A stretch of 64,000 nt of DNA from Eledone cirrhosa. Taxonomy: Eukaryota. The notes beneath the pieces were generated by a model that saw only the letters and a program-made list of their open reading frames with translations, was not told where the DNA came from and did no database searches. The stretch covers positions 7,564,001-7,628,000 of the forward strand of contig OZ024746.1 in assembly GCA_964016885.1 (NCBI GenBank), read 5' to 3'. Positions 27,804 through 39,399 of this stretch are shown here, piece by piece; position 1 is the stretch's first letter, and each line of letters starts with the position of its first letter. A program made the translations under genes and the position numbers.

Positions 27804-30800
27804 CAAATATATAGATGGAAAAATTACTTTTAAAATCATTTTTAATTCATAATTAAAAATGATTTAAAAACCAATTTGTCCATCTATATATTGGAATATA
27901 TTTGCTCTGTGTTTATGTCTGCTTTTCCAACATTTTCTCCCTAAAAAAAAAAAAAAAAAAATCTATTTAAGATTTCAGAGTTACCCCCCTTGCCTGGCAT
28001 GATCAGATTTAAGGATTGAATTAATATTCATTTCTCTTCAAAGAATATTCATTGATTAAATTTTTCTTGTGGCGTAAGCCTGTTCAGAATAACATCATTT
28101 TGCTTGTGTGGCTGATAAGGCTGATGGATTTATAATTTTGGCAGTGCGGCAGAGTTCTTGGAGAGTGTGATAAGGAGTGACTGAGTCTACAGTGATGGCC
28201 AATTTACTGTCTGCCAGATCATGTTACAGAAAGATCCAAGCAGTGGAGATGAGATGCTTTAGGAGATCCTGGGAATCTCCTACACAGAGCATATCCTGAA
28301 CAAGGAAGTCCGCTAAAAGAATCACCCAGCATGAGTGATTTTGAAGATCTGCTGACCACGGTGAAGAGGAGGAATCTAAGGTGGTATGACTTAACAAGAT
28401 CAGACAGACCCACAAAGATGATTCTCCAGGGAACAGTGCGGCAGGGGAAGAGAGTGAGGCGGGCAAAGGAAACAGTGGTCAGATAACATAGCTGAGTTGA
28501 AAGGACGCTCAGAGTTGCTGAAGCATGGAACAAACTCCCTGCATCAGTTGTTAGCTGTCGAGACACTGCATCCTTTAAAACCTCCATGCTTCCTGAGATT
28601 CGCCAACACAACACCTAATATTCCCCCTCCATACACACGCACACATATATATCATGACTCATACACTATTCACTTCCCTGACATTTGTATATTATTCTAT
28701 GTACTATACATGCACCTTTGATGAGTTGTAGTGCACCTGAGCACTGTACACAATAATTTCATTATTATTATTACTCACCCATGACCGTCAGAGATGGAAG
28801 CAGTCGGTGCAGTGCCCTAATGACCCTGAAAAGGAGTACAAACAAGCAGTAGCTAGGGATTCCATACAGTGTAACCCAGTATGTACAATGGAAGCACAAG
28901 AGGTGTAGTGGAATCACAGGTAGGCTGACAGAGAAGGCAGACTTCATATGTGACAGGTACACAGGAGTAGTTAACAGTAAGTTACTCTTGAAATATACTC
29001 CTCCAAAAGCTGAAAGTTTCAGAGCTAGAGCCAAGACAGAGTAAAGCTCAAGGCGATGTTACCTCTGCTAGCAACAACAAAGAACTCTTCTCTCTCTCTG
29101 AGAGAGAGAGAAAAGAGTGAAGCAAACATGAGGGGCTTGTGTTCAAACTGCAATGCTACATAGCAAGATTTGGGCCATGAGTGTAAAGGATGGAAAGTGA
29201 TAAATTCATTTCAAATTTAGGCACAAGGCCAGCAAATTTGGAGCAAAGACAAAGTTGATAAACTTAAACCCCAGTATTTGACTGGTATTTCATTTTATCA
29301 ACTTTAGTAGGATAAAAGGCAAAGTTGATCTCAGCAGGATTGAACTGACATTCTAGAGTCAGAACAAATAACATAATGATATTTTAATGTTCTACCAGTT
29401 CACTACGATGTTTAAAGAGATAAATTAGAACAAAACTCAGACTCTTTGTTTTTCATTAGACAAATACCAATGACAGATAACGGAGACAATAACATCAGAG
29501 TTAATGAGTGGGAATCCTTAGTAAATCATGGGAAATGCCAAGACATTTGGAAAAAGTAATCTATAGTAAAGAGATACTTAAATGAAATAAAATCTATTTA
29601 TTAGCATTGTAAAATAAATGAAGTGGGGAATAGTTGGAGGGCGAAAAGGTATTATTTTTGGTTGAAATAAGAGAATCTTACTGATTAATAATAAATATTG
29701 ATTTCTTTCCACTAGGTACATGGTCTTATTTTTTCTTTGAAGTATGTGTGTATGTGTGTCTTTGTAAAGGAGGTTAGCTGACAGAATCATCTTAAAATAT
29801 ATTTTATTACGGTTAGTTTTGGAAGTAAAGTAAAAGCATCTCCATTGTAATCTGAACTGAGAATCACTCATTGGCACTGTCGGTTACGATGAGTGTTCCA
29901 GTTGAACCAATCAATGGAACAGCCTGCTTGTGAAATTAACGTGCAAATGGCTGAGCATTCCACAGACACGTGTACCCTTAGGGAGATTCAGTGGGACACA
30001 GAACGTGACAAGGCTGGCCCTTCGAATTACAGGTACAACTCATTTTTGCCAGCTGAGCAAATGTGAAATAAAGTGGACTGGAGCAATGTGAAATAAAGTG
30101 TCTTGCTCAAGGACACAATGTGCCACTCGGAATCAAACTCATGACCGTATGATTGTGAGCTGAATACCCTAACCACAAAGCCACACACCTTTACAAACTC
30201 AAAATAGTGACGTACTAAATAACCATCTAGCTCCCTACAGTGATGGGGATCTCCCCCAAACTAGTAAATATTGATTTATTTTACCATGAATAAAGCCACA
30301 TTTGATGGAAAAGAAATATAGTTACTTATTTCTTAACCTCCTGTAATGATATAGCAGAAAATAACTAAAAAAGATTTGTTAATTCAAATGTTTACAGTAC
30401 ATTTCCTAAACTATGCAGCTACAAAGCAACCGTCTTTGCCACCCAGCAAAACCTGAACCTATAATTGTAGATGTTCTGAACATAACACTCCTATTTAGTT
30501 AAATATCTCTCCAGAGATTACCAAATGTGAAATAAAATTGCAGTTGATGGATGTAGAAGAGTTGTTATTTAACCCCAAGTTAGTACTGGTATAGCAGACA
30601 TACAGTCAGAGGATATCTAGCTTTGACTAAACTATTCTTTTGTATATTAGGAAATACATTATCCAATTCGATATTATTTTGACAGTAGGCTGTAATTTGA
30701 GAGGTTACTATTACTACCTTCTCTCATAAGGAAGCCACATATATACCAAAAGCTATCTACTACTTCTAGTGAGCATTCTGAGCTTTTGGGGGAGAATATT

Positions 30801-31960
30801 TCAAGGCTGTAATTTGAGAGAGAATTGGTTGCTATTTCTAGTATTTGTAGGAGGTGGAACGACCATATTGGTGTGGAACTATTCAGTTGCTGTCAGATTT
30901 GAACATATTAGTGTCTGACTTATGTAATATAGTGAACTGAAAAACTTCAATCAACTGAGATTATCCCAGTAGACAAAACTCCTAGGACTGCTTAAAATAT
31001 ATAAAATAAAGCAAGCAATATATCATAAAGCATGGGTTGGATGCTATAGACTTGGCTTTCCAGCTGAACCTGGCAGAGCAGTAAAAGACCAGACGGCATA
31101 ACAATCTACTCATTCTGTGATGGTAAGCCCTTCATCTGAGATGCTATATACTCCAGTAGCAACCTAGTGCATTCAACAATTCCCCCTGGCATCGCTGCGC
31201 AACAAGACAAAGATCGCAAGCTGTCGAAGTATTGGTCTCTTGCTGATATACTTGTGGTTGAACCTGTAGTAGTGGCAACATTCTTGGTGCTAGGACACCA
31301 CCCTACACACCACAAAAGTGAGCCCCATGAGTAGAAAAGTCTATTCCAATGTATCTCCCTCATCATCCTCTGGGACCACACGGAAGCCTGCACATGGGCT
31401 CCCACCAGAGACTGTTCCCCCATGCCACCTAGGCCCACATCATTGAGGTAGTGAGATGTTAAGATGTACTGTTGTTGAAAGAATGACACAGACCTCCAGA
31501 TTCACAACTGGTTGAAGTCAAACACATTAGTTAATAGCAAGAGAGATATCTTTGATAGAATCAATTAAATGGGATCTTTGGTAAATATATTCAACGCAGA
31601 TGAAAGTGGATCCAGCTTTTAAAGATAACTGATGACAGTAAAGGACATGCTTTAGTCTTATTACACCTCTTGAGTAAACCATATACTGCTCAGATGGTAA
31701 TATAAAGAGTGATCAAAATTGTGTGTGTGTGCAAAAGGTAAACAGAAATAACAAAACAAACGACACAGTACAATTAAAACTAATATATTAGTTTTACGCT
31801 TGATAAAGTAGGAAAATAGTCTTAACGTTCGGACGCTAGTCCTTCATAGAATGAGAAATTGAAGAAGAAATAGGAAGTGTTAGGAGTTGGTCAGTGGCAG
31901 AAACAGAAGAAAAAAAATTGTTTTTCTTTTTTTGAGAAAAGACAGGTCAATTTACATCAG

Positions 31961-32007
<47 letters not shown>

Positions 32008-32021
32008 GTGTGTGGTGTGTG

Positions 32022-32080
<59 letters not shown>

Positions 32081-34107
32081 AATAGCACAAGAATATATTG
32101 ACGTTCATTACGGCCCTTTATCCCGCCGAGGTTAACTTTGCCTTTCATCCTTACGGGGTCGATAAAATGAAGTACCAGTAATGTACTGGGTAATTGCTGG
32201 CCTTGTGCCTTAAGTAGAAACAATTATATCAATAATAATATGGCTGACGGAAAATACCTGTCTACTAATTGCTTGAATAACATCAATAGATAATAACAAT
32301 AAAAGTTTACAACTGATTATGGTGTGAAACGCTACCATATTTATATTTAGTATTGCACAACGCTCTTGAGTTTCTATACCTTTGTTATTTTGTTAACATC
32401 TGAAACTAGCCTCTAATTCTCCAGAAACCCACAAGAAAAACAACAAAACCAGTTTAATTCCTAAGAGCTTAATACAAGATGCATATTTATGAATTTGTAA
32501 AAATAAAGATTTTTTTTTTTATTCTCGGCACTAATGCCTCCCTCCAGTTGCAAATCACCCTTAATATTAATCTGTTAGTGGACACGGAAGAATTGTTTAG
32601 AGTGCAAGTGTACACCCGTTACATCCATATCGAAGATATTCAATATTTGGCCACCTAGCTATGAACAGGTACTACTGACGTAACCTTTACCACTGTATGA
32701 GAAGCACTGTCTTATTGATTTCTCTTGATTAGTCATCGTCGACTTGTATATAGGTTCGGCGATGAAGATATAGTCTATTAAACCCGTTTATCGATCCAGA
32801 AAGAATTTAAGACAAAGCTGTCCCCGCTGTGGGATTTGAGGATTTGATCGTGAAGTATGTAAAGGAATGAAAGTGAAATAGCTTAAGATGTTTAGTATAG
32901 CTATAAACACATACAGGTGTTCGACCTTGTCGCTTTATCCTGAGGCCTATGTTTGACGAGTGTTTTGTTGTTTAATCTAGGAGAAAAGAGGCATCTCAAG
33001 TGTTTAACGAACACATTAGCAACTGTGATATACTCCAAGACTCAATAAACAACAGAGAACGAAATGGGAACTAAAGTAAGATTAAAGAAGAATATTAAGC
33101 TATATAGAGACGCCATTATATATTTACCAGAAATTAGAACCGGCGGTTTGAGTATCAGGAAAATATATCTTTATTTAACAAGATACCAGAAACTGAAAGC
33201 ATGACCCTATAGATTAGTCTTAATAAGTGAAAGAAGAGATACGGTGCTTCTTTGATTTAATTAGCTGAGAATATAGGAATATAATTTTATTATTCACAGT
33301 TGTATAAATAACATTAGAAATTGTTTATAATTCTTACAGAATTCTTACACAAATAATAAATACCATTAATTATTGCTAGGAACCTCACAAATATAATGCA
33401 CAAAAATATATGATCAAAGCGAGAGAATACTTATTTGGTATTTCGGTTAATTTCAACATATTATGTAAACAAAGTTGTCGTGTGCAGTCTATTTCAAATG
33501 ACTCTACAACATTGTAGCAGAAGTGTAATATAAGACATTTCATGATTTCAACAGCCTTACAGGTAGATTGCATAAGTTGTTTAACGAGGAATGAGTTGGA
33601 AGACACTTAAGGCTTGATGATATAACAGTAGAGTGTAGAGTAAATATATAACTTACACCTTTATATGTCTATCAATCGATAAACACCTAATTATTTGTAG
33701 GGGTGGTGGTGTTGTGGCGTTAATGTATTGCCAAAGGTGTTTGTGAACCAGTCGAAGATTCTGGGTCACCTGGAACTTTCTTGGACTCAATGACTCATTC
33801 AACTTGTAATTAGTATATAAAAGCTGAACAGTAAAACAACATTTAATATTAGCAGCCTTCCACAACTGTCTCTTTAAATAATTATAACATTTAAAATAAA
33901 TTAAATCAGTTATAATATCAAACATAACTAATTAAACACTTTTTTCTAACTGTAGTTGCTAATAAATATGAGATGACAGTTTATGTTATTTAAATGTATT
34001 GTGTTGTTTATGTTAAACAACATGTTGTAACTTACCTGGGTTAATGAATCTCCGTAGAGAAAAGCCTTAGGCCAACAAATGGAAGAACAATCTGAATCTC
34101 CCGCCAT
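19019..34107 (-). CDS. IAH1: Isoamyl acetate-hydrolyzing esterase 1 homolog (SGNH/GDSL hydrolase); 6 coding exons, 732 nt including stop, 243 aa
   Basis: Exons 34036-34107, 25522-25577, 25077-25296, 23276-23363, 20232-20350 and 19019-19195, all GT-AG with compatible phases (0,2,0,1,0). SGNH blocks are intact: [36 protein letters not shown], and a C-terminal LPYWADV. Confidence 0.93.
19510..19615. repeat. 21-bp tandem repeat, about 5 copies (CCCATAAACTTCTGTATATGA)
   Basis: Directly visible, adjacent to a family B SINE. Confidence 0.9.
19944..20157. mobile_element. piggyBac-like MITE, family P2
   Basis: Ends are TTAA-CCCTT...AAGGG-TTAA. A homologous copy lies at 57414-57615. Confidence 0.7.
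20232..20350 (-). CDS. IAH1: IAH1 exon 5, (G)RVISNFNENAVLYAAACKEAAQETNTKCIDLYTEMMKHH
   Basis: Acceptor ttttacag, donor GTGAGT; 119 nt. Confidence 0.92.
22260..22540 (+). mobile_element. SINE family B with an internal about 46-bp tandem amplification
   Basis: ACAACAAAAAACACCCAGTCCACACTGAAGTGGTTGCGTAGGTGTC is repeated before the family B core. Confidence 0.7.
23276..23363 (-). CDS. IAH1: IAH1 exon 4, ESGLSCEQVILIGPPAVDEEVYDKYCKQK(G)
   Basis: Acceptor aaaacag, donor GTAACA; 88 nt. VILIGPP matches the conserved SGNH ILIxPPP strand. Not in the ORF track. Confidence 0.9.
23444..23702 (-). mobile_element. CR1-like LINE 3' end with (ATT)n tail
   Basis: Near-identical to 28507-28773 (+) and 56775-57115 (-). 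Confidence 0.8.
23860..24146 (-). mobile_element. SINE family C-related
   Basis: Shares CTGAGTAAACTGGAGC..TCTTGCTCAAG and the tRNA-like head with 17712-17951. Confidence 0.75.
24181..24335. repeat. 37-bp tandem repeat, about 4 copies
   Basis: Unit ATGTAAATTGGGGATATGTTATGAATAATGTATTGAT. Confidence 0.9.
24408..24690. repeat. 40-bp tandem repeat, about 7 copies, in IAH1 intron 3
   Basis: Unit TGAAACAGTCCCAGTGAGTCAGTAAATGCCCCTGTTTCTA with starts at 40-bp period (24411, 24451, ... 24651). Confidence 0.92.
25077..25296 (-). CDS. IAH1: IAH1 exon 3, [24 protein letters not shown]...FLGANDC...QHVPVDEYKDNLVEMVQILQ
   Basis: Acceptor tttcag, donor GTAAAA; 220 nt; SGNH blocks II and III. Confidence 0.95.
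25522..25577 (-). CDS. IAH1: IAH1 exon 2, YAFSHDGCWAALVANILQ(R)
   Basis: Acceptor ttttag, donor GTAAG; 56 nt. Confidence 0.92.
25775..26110. repeat. CpG-rich 15/20-bp minisatellite GTGACGACGTGGTC(TGGTC)C
   Basis: Directly visible. Confidence 0.9.
26141..26470. mobile_element. Tc1/mariner-superfamily-type MITE with TA TSD
   Basis: Ends are TA-CTCTTGGGTCTTTAATAAT ... ATTATTTGGGACCCAAGAG-TA (19-bp imperfect TIR). A related copy lies at 45499-47442. Confidence 0.75.
28130..28500 (+). mobile_element. RTE-clade LINE C-terminal fragment
   Basis: Degenerate translation KIQAVEMRCFRR..EDLLTTVKRRNLRWY..MILQGTV, typical of the RTE ORF end. Confidence 0.7.
28507..28773 (+). mobile_element. CR1-like LINE 3' end
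   Basis: Reads RVAEAWNKLPASVVSCRDTASFKT, followed by a 3'UTR and (ATT)n tail. Confidence 0.8.
29865..30195 (-). mobile_element. tRNA-derived SINE (family C-related, longer body)
   Basis: GTGTCTTGCTCAAGGACACAA CORE-like block and a tRNA-like head at about 30125-30190. Confidence 0.7.
32100..32226 (+). mobile_element. SINE family A, 5'-truncated
   Basis: Core and 3' end homologous to 5010-5196. Confidence 0.75.
34036..34107 (-). CDS. IAH1: IAH1 exon 1, [24 protein letters not shown]
   Basis: ATG at 34107-34105; donor CAG|GTAAG; contains the GDS catalytic Ser motif. Confidence 0.9.
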
Positions 34108-34340
34108 ATTAAGTATTGTTGCTGTTTTATACTGCTTTGCTACACGTTTGGTGAACGATGTCAAAGAGAAAGTGGCGGTAGCTGTTTTATACTTGGTTAC
34201 CACTCGAAGTAGTGGCCAGTACTGATACAACATCTGTGTCGAGGAAATTTGGAAAAACTGAAAGGGGCGTGGTTAATGCAAGTCAGTGATAGCACGTTTA
34301 TAGCATTGAAAGACACGATTTACTGTACACAAGACACGAG
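34108..34340 (-). promoter_or_regulatory. Probable IAH1 5'UTR and proximal promoter
   Basis: Immediately upstream of the start codon, locally CpG-richer, with a GC-box-like GGGGCGTGG at about 34264-34272. The TSS cannot be determined. Confidence 0.4.
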
Positions 34341-34966
34341 GAGAGGTTTACTATATGAGAAAGAATACGAATATACTAAGGTGGAAGTGTAACATTAATA
34401 ACAAACGATAAGAGGACAACGTTAGATGGAGAACAAATAGCAATTGTTATTATGTTATATGATAAAGTAAGGAAGAGAAAACGGATGGAGACAATGAGAT
34501 TGAAACGATCATGGCTGTGGCGAAATATGAGATTTTAAAAATACGATGGATGGTAAGAAAATAGTCAATCTGCTCGTTTATATATATATATATATATAGA
34601 TAGATAGATATAGCAAAGGTAAAACTATATATATACAAAGTTCAAAGTAGAAAATGATATTTCTAAGGAATTAAATATGATTTAAAAGATAATTTTTCCG
34701 TCTATTTACTTGTTTATACATACAAAATTACATATAGGCATTCATCTTCGGAGGATTAAAAGAAACATTAAACTGTCATATTTTTTTAATCCTCCCAAGA
34801 CAGAACTGTACAAATACCTATATATAAGTTTGTGTGGATAGATCTTGATTACCTAATATTATTCGATTAATTTGATGTACAGGTATAAGGAATAAAAATG
34901 ATTTAAAAGCTCATTTTTCCATGTATAAAATTGATTATATGTATATATATATATATATTTATTTAT

Positions 34967-35126
34967 CGGGGTGCTGAAAAATTCCTGGCTTTGGGTAAAA
35001 GAAAATACAGGAGGATCAGTTAATTATAATTTTATTTCAACATATTCCCCTCTCGTATTCACACATTGAAGCGTCCTACCTCCCCTTCGCGATACCCTTA
35101 AAGTTAGGAACTTCTCTGCTCCCCGG
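34967..35126. mobile_element. mariner-type MITE
   Basis: TIRs CGGGGTGCTGAAAAATTCCTGGCTTT / AAAGTTAGGAACTTCTCTGCTCCCCGG. An inverted homologue lies at 59899-60090. Confidence 0.7.
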
Positions 35127-35199
35127 TATATATATATATATATAAAATTGCCTTCTCTGTTTATATATATATATATATATATATAAAATTGCCTTCTCT

Positions 35200-35249
<50 letters not shown>

Positions 35250-35531
35250 AGAGAAGGCAATTTTATTCAGCAAACACAGTTAATTACAAAACAAAGAAGG
35301 AATAATTTACGATATGACAGTTGCACTGATACGTAAATATCAAATTATTTTGTATGGGTGTACACACTGAAACAAGAAGTTCTTAACAAGGACTGAACAT
35401 AATTAATTGTATCTATATAAGCAGGTAATATATATGGAGCAGTGAAACGATTCAATTTTTCTAACTGTAAACAATATTTTCCTCCGTGATAACGGACCTA
35501 GTTGTTAAAAAATGTCACAGGCACAGCTTTG

Positions 35532-35760
35532 GTTATTCACAGTTGTATAAATAACATTACAAATTGTTTATAATTCTTACAGAATGAAAATATAAACACA
35601 TATAATAAATACAATTAATTATTGCTAGGAACCTTACAAATATAAAGCATAAAGATATATGATCAAAGCGAGAGAAAAAAACAACACAAAAACAACCAAT
35701 TCACTACCAGTGCAACAATCGGCCGCACAACACTCCACAACGGTCAATGGAAATTGTTGA
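35532..35760. repeat. Interspersed repeat, unclassified (3 copies)
   Basis: TTATTCACAGTTGTA...GATCAAAGCGAGAGA is also present at about 21168-21395 and about 33289-33427. Confidence 0.7.
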
Positions 35761-36259
35761 GGCTAGCCCAGCTATTATCGATTATAATAATGATGTTTCT
35801 ACTCGGAAAGCTCAATATAACTACAGGGCACGCCTGCTACCGCCAACTTTGTTCCATATAACTTTCTTAATAAGGCATATATATTTTGTTTTTAATTAAA
35901 AACTTGTGGAGTTAGGTTTCAGGTTAAATTTTATTTTACATCGACCAACATTAAAATTAGATAAGCATGTTGAAACATTTATTGTTATCTCAGGATAGAA
36001 CCAGTTTAAAACTAGTTAGACTCAACAGAGCACTTAAGACTTGGGGTAATAAAGTATGGCTATGTTATAAAGAATTGGGACTGCTGAGCTCTTGCCGTCT
36101 TAACAGCTAGTTCCAGACAGTTTGGAAGTAGCTGTTAAAACAGTTTAGATTTAGTTTAATAACCACATAAATCGAAATTATTTTGACATTGGGTTACAAG
36201 TAGATGTTTACCACTGCATATACCTCGGCACATTTCAATGGACCTGGTGTTTAAAGAAC

Positions 36260-36615
36260 AAGTTTATGACCAGTGTATTCCGCCGACTTACCTATGGATC
36301 AGAAACCTGGAACCTAACAAAAAAGCAAACTCTGAAACTAAAAGTTCCCAACATCCTAGAAATCATTAGCAAAACAAAATTGAAGTGGGCGACACACATT
36401 GGCAGAATGTCTGGCAACAAATGGACCACCCATATCCCCCTCTGGACACCTTGAGGTCACACAAGAAACCGAGGCCGCCAGAAAACCAGGTGGTGAGACG
36501 ACCTCAAGAAACTTGAAATATTTTGTCCATGAATGGCCTAGGATCAGCAAAGATGGCACAGCTTGGGAAAGGCCTATGTCCAACAACAGACTTTTCAGGT
36601 CTGTAAATGATGATT
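36260..36615 (+). mobile_element. RTE-like LINE 3' fragment
   Basis: Reads LTYGSETWNLTKKQ..KLKWATHIGRM..KWT. Confidence 0.7.
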
Positions 36616-36699
36616 AAAGTTTACTTTTAAGACTTTTAATTCTAGATTTTAACTGTCCCATGGATTCCACTACAAGAACTAAATCAACAGCACACAGGA

Positions 36700-38330
36700 G
36701 TTCCTATGAAATGCTAGTCATAAACTCCTCAGTTATGGCCTGAAGGACAATAATGAACCAAAGTTGACTGAAGAAGGAACCCTGATGGACCTCCACCTGC
36801 ACTTTAAATCATCACTGTACTTATTACCAACTCTCACCTTACGGCTTGCATCTCTATACATGGCTTGTATGACCCTCACAAATCATTCATTTATAACAAA
36901 CTTCCTTAGCACCCACCATATTACATATTGGGAGATCCTGTCAAAGGCCTTCTCCAAATCCACAAATGCCAGGTACAGAGACTTACTCTTAGCTAAGTAC
37001 TTTTCCTGAAATTACTTCATAAGGAAGAGGACATCAGACATACCCCAAACCTGGCATAAACCTGAACTACATCACATCTGGCTTTATTCTTCTTAATTGT
37101 TATAACCCTTTCAGTAACTTCCATTACTTACTCCATCAACTTGATATCTTTGTAGTTACCTCACTCTAGTATTGCCACTTTGTCCTTGTAGCAGTTTACA
37201 ATAATACTGCTGTGCCAGTCATTGAGTATGATACCATCCTGCACTACTTAATTATGCATGTGACTAGCTTGTAACCTCCTCCACTACACTGAATGATCCA
37301 ACTGCCTTCTCTACTTCTTATAGCCTCGATTGCTTTGTCTATCAACTGCTATCAACATTTATAGCTGGTCCCTCATTTGGGTCTACATGTGGTAGGCCCT
37401 CATTCTCCCATTGCTTCTCTTCATTCATCAGTCTCTCATTGTAGGACATCCATGCCTCTTTCTTTTCAGCAACAATCAAAGCAAGTGCTCCACTATCATT
37501 TTAAACACACTTTTCCCCAACCACATCTCAATTTTCTCTTCCACACTGTCTTATCTGGAATAACACTGTCTTACAATTTGGAACACATGCCTCTGACCCT
37601 CATGATGTCATACATGGAAAAACTTCTTTTCTGCTTCTCCACTTAAGTTAACCTGATACCTAGCTTCTCTTTTAACTATTTGGTATTGCTTTCTGTTTTC
37701 CTCTTGCCATTTCAAGTCTGTCATTTTGCTTTTATGGCTCTATCTAGCCTATCATTCCACCACCATATCACTTTCTATCTTGCTGAGACCTTGCTCCAAT
37801 TACAAACCTGCTCCATGCTTTTCAGCAGGTTGTCTCATAGACATTCCCAACTTTTCTCTATGCTATTGGTCTCCATCTCCTCTTCCTTACTATTGTAAAC
37901 ATTGAAGTGGATTTCTATGAATATGTTAGTTGCCATGTCTTCCTCATTCTGACTGTTTTTTGTCTCTTAGTATAGCCCTTACCCTAAGGTCACTGATAAC
38001 TTATTTGTATTATGTACAGACTTACCTACAGAAGGACTTGACATTTCCAGTCATTTATCTTTCTTGTTTCTTGATCAGTTTGTAGTCTATTTGGCTTGCA
38101 TGTCCACCCGACAATGACCGAGTGGTTGGTTGGTTTCCTGAAGTTTGTGTTGCAGACAGTCAGGTGAAAAGCATCACAGAAATCCAGAAACCTTGATCCC
38201 TTCTTATTTCTTGTCCCATAGCCTCCATGCACCCTGGGGTTGCAGTGCTTCCCAACATGGCCATTGAAGTCACCAGTGGTAATAATGGTATCACCATCAT
38301 GTGTTGTCAAGGCAGTCTAAAGAAGCTCAG
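36700..38330 (-). mobile_element. Degenerate RTE LINE (APE endonuclease to RT)
   Basis: The minus strand gives GDFNGHVG..HGGYG..N..G.RFLDFC..LTVCNTNFRK (APE), FVDLEKAFDRI and VHQGS (RT), with many stops. Confidence 0.8.
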
Positions 38331-38631
38331 CTTGTGTAGCATATGCAGATATCATTATAACTGTTGTATTGCCCAAATCGAAGTAGTGCTCCAGCATGGC
38401 TGCAGTCAAATTACTGAAATTAGTAAAAGAATATAGCCTGTAAAATTAATCTAGAGTTTAAAATCATTGTACTCTTATAAGGGGCAGATGTAGCACAGGA
38501 AATACCTTTTTTAAAAGTAATCTGATTGATTTGACAACTGAAATATACTCTCTACTAAAAAATTATAAAAACTTTTTTTGTTAATTTTTATCTGCTATAT
38601 TTTTCCTGTTGTTGTTTTCATTATAGACGTG

Positions 38632-38806
38632 CAGAATCGTTAGAGGGTCTGACGCCATGCTTTGCACCATAGAGTTACGGCCCTTTCCATTCTGAATTCA
38701 AATCCCACCGAGGTTAACTTTGCCTTTCATCCTTACAGGGTCGATAAAATAAAGTACCAGTAATGCACTGGGTAATTGCTGACCTTGTGCCTAAAAGTAG
38801 AAACAA
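38632..38806 (+). mobile_element. SINE family A with TSD ATTATAGACGTG
   Basis: Direct repeat at about 38620 and about 38807. Confidence 0.8.
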
Positions 38807-39399
38807 TTATAGACGTGGAATCAGATGAATGTTTCTTGAGTGTCAAGTTCTTATTGCTTTTTGTTGTTTTCAAAAATCTAATTCAATTTCCCTCTAATAT
38901 CAATCAGAAGATCAATGAGACTTTGTATTAAATCAAAAACTTGTGTTTAGTTTTAGATAAGGAAGAATTGGCAAAGAGAGAGAAAGAAATGTTCAGTGCC
39001 AAACAACAGCTGCCAATAACTGGCAGGAATAAAGGGCGGCCGAATTACAAGGAGGCAGTAAAACAGAACAAAAACATTCTGAACAGATTCATACAAAGAT
39101 GTATATTCATACAAAATTGAAGATAAAAAAAGTTGTGTAGTGGGGTGGGGTAGTTATTGGTACCAAGTTATAAAATTGACTTGTTATTTACAGTTTAGTT
39201 TCTCTAACAAAAAGTTAATCTTGTTCTTATAAAATACAGCTAAGTAGAATATCAATAAATTTCAATTTCCAATACAACAGATATTACATTCATTTATTGA
39301 AGATTCTCTCTCTCAACATTTATTACAACATACAATTATTGAAGATTTTAGCCCTTTCCCCAATTCTCTCTCTGTCTCTCCTTCAGTAGATTGTGTCTC

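Noticed and set aside
31580-31620. NIFNADESG, resembling the pogo/Tigger DDE motif
   Set aside because: A single short motif with no supporting flanking transposase sequence; too weak to call.
33946-34233. Longer 95-aa IAH1 first-exon ORF starting at an upstream TTG
   Set aside because: The track uses a non-ATG start and reads through the donor; the first in-frame ATG at 34107 gives a normal IAH1 N-terminus.
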